Source of the DNA: Bacteroidia bacterium
GTDB lineage: Bacteria; Bacteroidota; Bacteroidia; Bacteroidales; VadinHA17
Assembly (NCBI GenBank): GCA_026391215.1
Contig: JAPLDX010000097.1
Span: forward strand, 1 to 33,702
Direction: 5' to 3'
Length of the DNA stretch: 33,702 bases
The translations under genes were made by a program, and so were the position numbers. The notes beneath the pieces are model-generated. The model was given only the letters and a program-made list of their open reading frames with translations. It was not told where the DNA came from and did no database searches. Shown in pieces: positions 25,743 through 33,702 of the stretch (position 1 is the first letter of the stretch; each line of letters starts with the position of its first letter).

Positions 25743-27899
25743 TTATATTTCAGGCTTACCAGTAAATGAAACAAACAGTCCGATCAGATAAAACCTCCGT
25801 GACACTGGTATCACAGGCTCTGATTCATATATACCAGATTCATTCGGATGATTCCCGTACCTGTAACCAAAAACATTTTCACTGCCAAGGATATTCGTGA
25901 CCTGGGCATATATCATAGTAAACTTTCCAAAGATTTCAGTAAAATGGAAGATGCTCAGGCTTAGGTTATTATATGATTTTGTTCTTTGCATTTCAGTATA
26001 ACTGATATTCGGATTGATATATGGCCTTCCGCTTGCGAATTCGTAACCTGCGCTGATGTACGAATCAGTTTTCGATATATAATGTTTATATACTAATGAC
26101 AGGTTGTGTGTTGAAAGGAAAAATGGAGGATGTGCAAAACTATAATCCTTATAATTCCGCTTGCTGTCAATCAATGAATATGATATCCAGAAATCTCCAT
26201 TTTTTATTGATTTTGAGTCCCTGTAGAATAAATCAATACCTTTTGCATATCCTGATCCATTATTATTGTATGCCTCAGGAGCAATGGCATAAAGAGAATC
26301 ATATTTTATCAGCCGGTCATAGTTTTTATAGTAAGCTTCAATCCTGAATATTCTGCTTTCTTTCATCAGCTGATAATTAATAATGAAATGGTCAGCCTGT
26401 TCTGTTTTTAGTTTATTGTTATAAGCAAGATATTCGTTCAAAGGTTGTTCGGAGAAACTTCCGTATCCCAGAGACATCTGACTGTTTACTGAAGTTTTAT
26501 ATGCTAAAGAGAACCTGGGTGAAATATACAGCTCATTTGACATTGGAACTGATTCGGCTCTTCCTCCTATCCGGGTTGAGATTCTTTTGAATAATCTGAT
26601 TTCCGATTCTATAAAAGCTGCAATTACAGGGCTGTTGTATTTCCATTTATATGAATTGCCTGAAAAAGGCAGATAATTTCTCGAATAATCTTTATTTAAG
26701 ACATTCCCTCCGAACTTTAAATTTATTTTTTCATTAACAGGTTTTGTAAAAGCTAGTTTGAACTCATATGATTGCTTCCTGGTTTCAATATTATCTTCGT
26801 TCATTTTAATTTTTTCATTATCAAAATTATACGAAGCACCAGTATTCATTATCCAATCTTTTCCGATAGCACCCCTGTAAGACGATACAATAAACATATC
26901 ACTGTTTATAAGAGAAATAAGATCATTCGAATGTGTATCGAGATCGGGATAATACATGCTGCTGTTATCAATTGAATAATTTGCCAGGATTTTTATCAGG
27001 CCTCTTTCCCCGACTTTCTGTCGATAAGCTATCATCTGACCAAAATTTTCAGGTTCATGATTCCATTTGATATTTGATTTTATAATGCCGTAAAAGGGAG
27101 ACATATTGACATATTGTGTTGAAGCAGACAGGGAAGATTTTTCCCATTTTTTGGTTAAATTACCGTTGACACCTGAAAGAAACAGAGAAAGACCTGCTTC
27201 ATCCTTTTCCGGGGTGTCTATAGAATTCAGGATCAATACTGATGACAATGCCTGTCCATATTCGGCAGAATAGCCACCTGTACTGAAAACTGTTCCCCGG
27301 AACAACATGGGAGAGAATCTCCCGCGAACCGGTACGCTTGGCATTTTTGCAGTATAAGGACTTTCAACCATCAATCCGTCAATAAACGTTTTTGTTTCAT
27401 TCTGTTCACCTCCACGAACGAACATACCTCCTTCATCAGCGGCATTGCTTGTCCCCGGCAATGTTCTTAGTACGCTTAACGCATCACCGAAACCTATAGG
27501 ATTAGTAGCCATATCAAGCCTGTTCAGCACCACCGATTTCTTTTTGTCCCCGGCTTCAAATGTGCCGGCATAAACGACAACTTCTTTCAGCTCAACATCA
27601 TTTTCAGGAATACTAATTAAAAGTTCAATAGTGTCATTCTGAAGTTTAACAGATTCTTCGTGCGTTTTATATCCGATGCAACTTGCTACAAGTATCTTAT
27701 CTCCGGTAAGGTCAGTCGATAATATAAAATTGCCCTGTTCGTCAGAATTTGTTCCTTCGATTGTTCCTTTGAAATAAATATTTGCTCCGATAACAGGCTG
27801 GTTTTTATCAGCCTTTATGCTTCCTTTTATAGTTGTTTGACAGAGTAAACTGCTGACCTGCAAAAACAACAGAATTGCTGTAATAATAAATTTTGTCAT
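25743..27899 (-). CDS. TonB-dependent receptor with an N-terminal carboxypeptidase-regulatory-like domain
   Basis: Signal peptide. PVIGANIY..GT.EGT.SDEQGNF, plug LRTLPG...FVRGG, FSTGGYSAEYGQALSSVL, barrel SPRFSLAY, EAYYKNY and ASGRPY. Confidence 0.9.
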   Translation of the reverse strand: MTKFIITAILLFLQVSSLLCQTTIKGSIKADKNQPVIGANIYFKGTIEGTNSDEQGNFILSTDLTGDKILVASCIGYKTHEESVKLQNDTIELLISIPENDVELKEVVVYAGTFEAGDKKKSVVLNRLDMATNPIGFGDALSVLRTLPGTSNAADEGGMFVRGGEQNETKTFIDGLMVESPYTAKMPSVPVRGRFSPMLFRGTVFSTGGYSAEYGQALSSVLILNSIDTPEKDEAGLSLFLSGVNGNLTKKWEKSSLSASTQYVNMSPFYGIIKSNIKWNHEPENFGQMIAYRQKVGERGLIKILANYSIDNSSMYYPDLDTHSNDLISLINSDMFIVSSYRGAIGKDWIMNTGASYNFDNEKIKMNEDNIETRKQSYEFKLAFTKPVNEKINLKFGGNVLNKDYSRNYLPFSGNSYKWKYNSPVIAAFIESEIRLFKRISTRIGGRAESVPMSNELYISPRFSLAYKTSVNSQMSLGYGSFSEQPLNEYLAYNNKLKTEQADHFIINYQLMKESRIFRIEAYYKNYDRLIKYDSLYAIAPEAYNNNGSGYAKGIDLFYRDSKSIKNGDFWISYSLIDSKRNYKDYSFAHPPFFLSTHNLSLVYKHYISKTDSYISAGYEFASGRPYINPNISYTEMQRTKSYNNLSLSIFHFTEIFGKFTMIYAQVTNILGSENVFGYRYGNHPNESGIYESEPVIPVSRRFYLIGLFVSFTGKPEI

Positions 27900-27919
27900 T
27901 GTTTTTATTTTCCTCAGTA

Positions 27920-28009
27920 CAAATTTTATCAGTTTGCCGTTTGCAGCAAAATAAAAGTTACCAGCCGGTTAAAAATAAAAGATGGAATGCAATGGGGAAT
28001 GATGAATAG
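27920..28009 (-). promoter_or_regulatory. Possible promoter with phased LytTR-type repeats
   Basis: Minus strand: ctattcatc, cattccatc and ccggctggt (period 20/21), then TTTG-N19-AAAATTTG. Confidence 0.35.
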
Positions 28010-28096
28010 AAATTCATCGCCCTGTTTGGTGAGGTAGCCTCTGTAACAGATAGTAAGATAAAAAAATTTAGTGAGGGCTACTAAACTGTATCTGTA

Positions 28097-29200
28097 TCAG
28101 TTCTTTACAAGATCAACATTTATTACCATGATCTCCGATTTACCTGTGGTGCGCACAGGAAACCCCCACAACCGGATGCCGCTTGAGACAAAGAAATGCG
28201 TATCACCTTTTTTCATATGCCCATAACTCAGTTCGTAGACACTCCGGGTGATGAAATTTATAGGGAATAATTGTCCGTTATGAGTGTGTCCCGATAAGAC
28301 AATGTCGGCTGAAGTTCTGCTGAGCTGTTCAATTTCAGTGGGACGATGATCCACAAGTATCACCGGCAGGGAATCAGGAATTGTTCTCATGATCTCTTCA
28401 ACACTTTTTCTCGTCGTTGTATGACTGTCGTTTCTGCCGGCCAGGATGAAAGAACCATCGATAAAAACCACACTATCGCTTAATATGTCAATCCCGGCCT
28501 TGATGAAAAAACTCCCTTTGTCCTGCCGGGCATAATGCTCATGATTGCCAGGAACTCCAAAAACACCGTACCTGGTAGTGATACTGCTGAGAAGCTTTTC
28601 AAAATGTTCCATTCTTTCATCCTCCCTGTCACCTTCAACAATATCACCTCCCAAAAGCATCAGATCTGGATTTATGGTTTCGATCTCTTTTACAAACCTT
28701 TCTACAAACGGGACAGGAGTGTTTCCTTCCAGATGAAAATCCGAAGCAAAGGCAATCTTCAGGTGACTGATGTCTGACGATCCCGCCGGGATAGTGACCT
28801 TGTATTCCGTCAGTCTGATCGTGTTGAAGTTAATTATACCTGCAACTACTACGACCATCGAACAAAGGATAATTGCCGGTAATCCGATACTCCTGAACGA
28901 TTTGCTTTTTAACTTTTTGCGGGGTATTACCCTGAACAACATGTTTAATAACAGGAGGAGATCAAGAAGGAGTACAAAAAGAAAGGCATACAAAAAGAAC
29001 GGTAGCAGGTAATTCGCTATTATAGTCAGAGGTGTACCTCCTTCGCGTAAGAGATTGCTGACCGGATAAACGAGGAATAACAGCAGGTATATAAGTACAT
29101 AATAAATTCTATGCTCTTTCCTTATGAACAACTGCCATATACGCACAAACAGATAAATGTTTGGGATAGTGTATGACAGGATGAGAATGGTATGGAACAT
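28097..29200 (-). CDS. Membrane-anchored metallophosphoesterase (calcineurin-like, YkuE-type)
   Basis: N-terminal TM segments. SDFH, GGDIVEG, GNHE, LVDHRP and SGHTHNGQ. ATG 29200 preferred over TTG 29230. Confidence 0.9.
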   Translation of the reverse strand: MFHTILILSYTIPNIYLFVRIWQLFIRKEHRIYYVLIYLLLFLVYPVSNLLREGGTPLTIIANYLLPFFLYAFLFVLLLDLLLLLNMLFRVIPRKKLKSKSFRSIGLPAIILCSMVVVVAGIINFNTIRLTEYKVTIPAGSSDISHLKIAFASDFHLEGNTPVPFVERFVKEIETINPDLMLLGGDIVEGDREDERMEHFEKLLSSITTRYGVFGVPGNHEHYARQDKGSFFIKAGIDILSDSVVFIDGSFILAGRNDSHTTTRKSVEEIMRTIPDSLPVILVDHRPTEIEQLSRTSADIVLSGHTHNGQLFPINFITRSVYELSYGHMKKGDTHFFVSSGIRLWGFPVRTTGKSEIMVINVDLVKN

Positions 29201-29318
29201 GCCGGGGTGATTCTTAATTTGTCGGTGCAAGATAATATAAAAGCAGAATACTGACTGGACTTATTTATCAGGGATAAGTGGATAATTAAGCCTATCTTTG
29301 AGAGTCTATTCATTTAAT

Positions 29319-30299
29319 ATGCTAAAGCATAATTCCGGATCACTTTTAAAAGCTGGATTGTCTGCATTTATGAAATTGCTGGCCGGAATTAATCTGATAT
29401 CTTTTCCTGCATTTGGTGGTGTAGATAAGAAAGCATCATTTATACACAATGATCTGGAGCGGACTTTTCATATATATATTCCGTCATCATATAATGAATC
29501 TGTACAGCTGCCACTGGTTATTGCTTTACATGGAAGGGGAGGAAATGGAGAAAGCATGATCCTCGTTACACGCAAAGGTTTTAACAGGCTGGCTGAAAAG
29601 GATGAATTCATTGTGGTCTATCCTGATGGTATAGAGCTGAACTGGAATGATGGCAGGATGGATGAAGAGGCAAACGACCGCGCACACAGGGAGAACATTG
29701 ATGATGTCGGCTTCCTTTCTGCATTAATAGACTCTATGATAAAGGATTATAATATAGATCCAAAACGTGTCTATGTCACAGGTATTTCAAACGGAGCCAT
29801 AATGTCATACCGGCTGGCATGCGAAATATCCAATAAAATTGCCGCAATTGCTCCTGTAGACGGAAATATTCCTGTTATGCTTTCCCGGGAATGCTATGCT
29901 GCCAGGCCTGTTTCAGTATTGGCCATTAATAATGTAAATGATCCCCTTGTTCCATATGAGGGGGGAAATATTTATAGCAGTATCCGCAAGCTAAACCTGG
30001 GGAAAGTTTTATCTGTGGATGAATCTATAGGATTCTGGGTAAGCAGGAACCAGTGTTCCCCTTTACCGGTTGTGACTGAAGAGCCTGATACGGATCCCAA
30101 AGATGGTACAAGAGTGACAAGGAAGGAGTACATTAACAATAGTGACGGAACTGAAGTAATTCTTTATTCAGTCGATGGAGGAGGACATACCTGGCCGGGT
30201 GGTGTTCAGTATATGCCTGCATGGATCGTAGGAAAAACCAGCAGAGATATTGATGCCAACGAAGTAATCTGGTCCTTTTTTAAAAAACATTCCAGGTAG
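29319..30299 (+). CDS. PHB-depolymerase/LpqC-like alpha/beta-hydrolase esterase
   Basis: PLVIALHG, IVVYPDG, DDVGFL, RVYVTGISNG (GxSxG), DPLVPY and GGHTWPGG. The track start at 29298 lies inside a TATCTTTG -7 box (29293-29300), so the true start is 29319 or 29370. Confidence 0.85.
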   Translation: MLKHNSGSLLKAGLSAFMKLLAGINLISFPAFGGVDKKASFIHNDLERTFHIYIPSSYNESVQLPLVIALHGRGGNGESMILVTRKGFNRLAEKDEFIVVYPDGIELNWNDGRMDEEANDRAHRENIDDVGFLSALIDSMIKDYNIDPKRVYVTGISNGAIMSYRLACEISNKIAAIAPVDGNIPVMLSRECYAARPVSVLAINNVNDPLVPYEGGNIYSSIRKLNLGKVLSVDESIGFWVSRNQCSPLPVVTEEPDTDPKDGTRVTRKEYINNSDGTEVILYSVDGGGHTWPGGVQYMPAWIVGKTSRDIDANEVIWSFFKKHSR

Positions 30300-30350
30300 C
30301 CATTCAGCAAATCATTCCATCAGCTTATCAGGCTATTATGATAAACGATA

Positions 30351-30358
30351 TATCTTTG
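30351..30358 (+). promoter_or_regulatory. Bacteroidota -7 promoter box
   Basis: TATCTTTG, 10 nt before the ATG at 30369. Confidence 0.55.
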
Positions 30359-30368
30359 CGTAATATAA

Positions 30369-31676
30369 ATGGGTGGTAAGGATATCAATACTAAATCTTT
30401 TCAGGAAAGGGGCTGGCTGAAGCTCGATAATGCCGCAAAGCTGTTTCCGGCAATAATGTCAGATGATCTGACTTCAGTGTTCAGGATAACTGCAACGCTG
30501 AAGGAACCTGTGAGATACTCTGCCATCAAAGAAACTGTGGCAATAACTTCAAAGCGGTTCCCGTATTTCAACGTCTCCCTGGGAAGCGGGATATTCTGGC
30601 ATTTCCTTGAGTTTAATGATCAGCAGCCGCGTATCCAGGCTGAAGAAGAGATCCCCTGTACCGCATTTGCCGTAACGAGAAAAAGCGAACCCCTGTACAG
30701 GATAATACTCAAGGGCAAAAAGATCTCGGTTGAGTTTATTCATATTCTGACCGACGGCGGAGGAGCGATTGAGTATCTGAAAAGCTTCCTTTACACTTAC
30801 CTGACTCTTATTGGCAAGAATATAAACTCACCGGGAGAAATACTCCTTCCCGGAATACCAGTTTCCGACGAGGAGTATGAAGACGGATACAACAAGTTCT
30901 TTCAGAAGCTGCCTCCACCGGCTAAGCTTGTCAAAGCCTGGCATCTTCCTTACAAGCTTAACCAGAGGCCAATGTTGAGGGTGCTTCGTGCTGAAGTCAA
31001 TGTCAATGAGATCCTTGAAGCATCCCGTAAGAATAAGGTGTCTATTACCGAGTATTTTGTGTCTATCTATTTTTTTTCACTTCAGAAGGTCTTCGTTTCA
31101 GGTAAAGAAAAAAGCAAAAGAGAAAAACGGAAAGTCCTGAGGATTGAAGTGCCGGTTAACATGAGAAAATTATTTCCCAGCAGGACAATGCGTAATTTTT
31201 CTCTTTTTGTTCTGCCGGAAATTGATGTGAGGCTCGGAACCTATACATTTGAAGAGATACTCAATTCAGTTCATCACCAGCTGCAGCTGAGTGCTGATAT
31301 CAAGCAGATATCAAGATTTCTGTCATCGAATGTCAGCTCTGAAAAGCTACTGATCATCAGGATAATGCCCCTTTTCATTAAAAAAATGGTCATCGCTTCT
31401 GTTTACAGGGGGCTTGCATCAAAGCGCTGGACAGGTATCCTTACTAATCTCGGACTGGTGACTCTTCCGGGAGAAATGGAGGAAATGGTTGATTCTTTCG
31501 ATCTCATTCCACCTCCGCCCAATCCAAATGTGAAGGTAAGTGCAGCTCTGGTTTCTTATAAAAACAAGCTGAGGATCTGCTTTTGCAATATCACGGAATC
31601 ACATGAGCTTGAACAGCATATTTTAAAGTATCTTTCGGATGCCGGTATTCATGTTAAAATTTTAAATAACGATTAA
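30369..31676 (+). CDS. CoA-dependent acyltransferase (alcohol acetyltransferase/condensation-domain-like)
   Basis: WLKLDNAAKLFPA, HILTDG (HxxxDG), PVNMRKLFPSRTMRNF and TNLG. Confidence 0.8.
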   Translation: MGGKDINTKSFQERGWLKLDNAAKLFPAIMSDDLTSVFRITATLKEPVRYSAIKETVAITSKRFPYFNVSLGSGIFWHFLEFNDQQPRIQAEEEIPCTAFAVTRKSEPLYRIILKGKKISVEFIHILTDGGGAIEYLKSFLYTYLTLIGKNINSPGEILLPGIPVSDEEYEDGYNKFFQKLPPPAKLVKAWHLPYKLNQRPMLRVLRAEVNVNEILEASRKNKVSITEYFVSIYFFSLQKVFVSGKEKSKREKRKVLRIEVPVNMRKLFPSRTMRNFSLFVLPEIDVRLGTYTFEEILNSVHHQLQLSADIKQISRFLSSNVSSEKLLIIRIMPLFIKKMVIASVYRGLASKRWTGILTNLGLVTLPGEMEEMVDSFDLIPPPPNPNVKVSAALVSYKNKLRICFCNITESHELEQHILKYLSDAGIHVKILNND

Positions 31677-31687
31677 AAGCACAGACC

Positions 31688-32383
31688 ATGGCAATATGTG
31701 TTAATTGTGGAATTGAACTGGATGATGGATTAAAAGTATGTCCCCTTTGCGGCAGGGACCAGGGGAATGTTGAACAGGAACATATTCCCGGGAATTATCC
31801 TTCCGATATCATTCAGCTTCACAAAAAAGAAAACAGGAAGCATCTCTGGGAGTTAAGCGGAATAATTGCTTTTTCAGGAATTGCCGTCTGTACTATTGTT
31901 GACCTGACGATAAATAAAAGCCTGAAATGGTCGCTTATATCCGATGTGTCAATAGCGGCAGTATGGATAATTGTCACGCTTTTCCTGTTCGCGCACAGAA
32001 GACCTTTCATTATAGTTCCCGTCCTGATGCTTACAATTCTGACAGCCCTGTATTTTATTGACATTATTACCGGCCCAATGGTTTGGTTTTTCCCTGTCGG
32101 TTTTCCGATCACAGTTGCTGCATTTATTGTTATAGGCGCTATCATTACTCTTTACAAAGCTGCCCATTTTAAAGGGCTGAACATCATTGCTGCATCATTG
32201 ATCATATTATCAGGATTTTGCATTATTACGGAAATGGCACTTGATAAGTACATCAACGGTCTCGTGGATCTGAGATGGTCGCTTATTGTAGCGATTTCAA
32301 TTCTTCCTGTTGCTCTGATATTCTTATTCTATCACTACAGGCTTAAAAAGGGAAACCGGCTCGATAGCTTCTTTCATATCTGA
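31688..32383 (+). CDS. Zinc-ribbon membrane protein (DUF6320-like)
   Basis: CVNCG.EL....VCPLC followed by about 6 TM segments and C-terminal FFHI. 11 bp after the acyltransferase. Confidence 0.75.
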   Translation: MAICVNCGIELDDGLKVCPLCGRDQGNVEQEHIPGNYPSDIIQLHKKENRKHLWELSGIIAFSGIAVCTIVDLTINKSLKWSLISDVSIAAVWIIVTLFLFAHRRPFIIVPVLMLTILTALYFIDIITGPMVWFFPVGFPITVAAFIVIGAIITLYKAAHFKGLNIIAASLIILSGFCIITEMALDKYINGLVDLRWSLIVAISILPVALIFLFYHYRLKKGNRLDSFFHI

Positions 32384-32479
32384 GATCTGAGGCTTTGTGC
32401 TCTTGTGGTTAAAGAATAAAAAATTTACTAATATTGATAGTTTATTTTTATTCTGAGAACGATATTCCAGTAGAGCAGA

Positions 32480-33702
32480 ATGACAATCGCAAAGCACATA
32501 GGATTTGATAACGAGAAATACCTTAGGGAGCAGACAGCGTCTATCCTTGAAAGAGTAAACCGTTTTAACCATAAGCTCTACCTGGAATTCGGAGGCAAGA
32601 TCCTGTATGATTATCATGCTTCCAGGGTTCTGCCAGGATTCGATCCCAACGTCAAAATGCGGCTTTTACAAAAGCTGAAAGATAAGATAGACGTGATCCT
32701 GTGCATACATGCAGGGGCTATTGAAAGAAATAAAGTCAGGGCTGATTTCGGGATCACCTACGATGTTGATGCATTGAAGACCATCGATGATTTCAGAGAA
32801 TGGGGAATAGATATCACCGCTGTTGTTATCACACGTTACCAGAATCAACCGCCTGCAAAAGCATTTAAGAACAAGCTCGAGATGAGAGGCATCAAGGTAT
32901 ACCTTCATTATCCCACAAAGGGATATCCCACTGATGTTGACCTCATTGTAAGCGACCAGGGATACGGAGCAAACGAATATATCAAGACAACAAATCCTAT
33001 CGTGATAGTCACTGGACCGGGACCAGGCAGCGGCAAGCTTGCCACCTGCCTGTGCAACCTTTACCATGAATATAAGAAGGGAGTAAAGGCAGGATACGCA
33101 AAATTCGAGACATTCCCTATCTGGGACCTTCCTGTCGATCATATGGTAAATGTTGCCTACGAAGCTGCTACTGTTGACCTTGATGACATGGTGCTGGTTG
33201 ATGAACATCACCTGAAAGCCTACAATATAAAAACTGCAAATTACAACCGTGATATAGAGGCGTTTCACCTGCTTAAGAGGATCATTGAGAAAATTACAGG
33301 CGATGAATCGATGTACCAGTCTCCTACAGATATGGGTGTGAACCGTGCCAGTGCAGGCATTGTGGACGATGAATTGATTACAGAAGCATCTTACCAGGAG
33401 ATCATAAGGAGATACTTCAGATATTCCGTCGAATATGCAATGGGTTTATCTGATAAAGAGACCCTTGACCGGATTATTGCAATAATGAAAAAAACAGGAG
33501 CAAAGGCTGAAGACCGGAAAGTGGTGCTGCCTGCAAGAGAAGCTGCTAAAGACGCAGAGATCAGCGGAAAAGGAAACGCCGGGATCTTTTGCGGCGCCGC
33601 CATTGAACTGCCCGACGGAACAATTATTACAGGCAAAAACTCAGCGCTGATGCATGCTTCTTCGAGCCTTGTCTTAAATGCTACAAAACACCTGGCAGGA
33701 CT
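32480..33702 (+). CDS. DUF1846 (UPF0371) family protein, partial (runs off the right window edge)
   Basis: Manual translation [18 protein letters not shown]...[59 protein letters not shown] and [10 protein letters not shown]. Not in the ORF track. Confidence 0.9.
   Translation, partial: MTIAKHIGFDNEKYLREQTASILERVNRFNHKLYLEFGGKILYDYHASRVLPGFDPNVKMRLLQKLKDKIDVILCIHAGAIERNKVRADFGITYDVDALKTIDDFREWGIDITAVVITRYQNQPPAKAFKNKLEMRGIKVYLHYPTKGYPTDVDLIVSDQGYGANEYIKTTNPIVIVTGPGPGSGKLATCLCNLYHEYKKGVKAGYAKFETFPIWDLPVDHMVNVAYEAATVDLDDMVLVDEHHLKAYNIKTANYNRDIEAFHLLKRIIEKITGDESMYQSPTDMGVNRASAGIVDDELITEASYQEIIRRYFRYSVEYAMGLSDKETLDRIIAIMKKTGAKAEDRKVVLPAREAAKDAEISGKGNAGIFCGAAIELPDGTIITGKNSALMHASSSLVLNATKHLAG

Noticed and set aside
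32666-33636. Minus-strand ORFs of 200 aa and 81 aa
   Set aside because: They are antisense shadows of the DUF1846 gene on the plus strand.

Overview
A 33.7-kb bacterial window that looks like an anaerobic Bacteroidota (Bacteroidales-like) chromosome. The support for this is TAnnTTTG -7 promoter boxes, AT-rich starts without Shine-Dalgarno sites, a TonB-dependent receptor, LytS/LytTR systems and many lipoproteins. It holds about 27 genes. Two are partial, sit at the window edges and are absent from the ORF track: a divergent thymidylate synthase N-terminus (<1..200, minus) and a DUF1846 protein (32480..>33702, plus). I found no rRNA, tRNA, CRISPR array, integrase or transposase. The content is a patchwork of accessory envelope, regulatory and metabolic modules. 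The most notable unannotated structure is in the intergenic DNA: (i) a membrane LytTR gene followed by four ~20-bp-phased direct repeats abutting a canonical promoter for a B12 radical SAM gene; (ii) a membrane AraC gene with two tandem dyad sites facing a SnoaL-M23-ankyrin/PD40 operon; (iii) degenerate 8-bp tandem repeats at six gene junctions; (iv) several GC-rich REP/MITE-like hairpin elements. All protein calls come from motif recognition, not from database searches.
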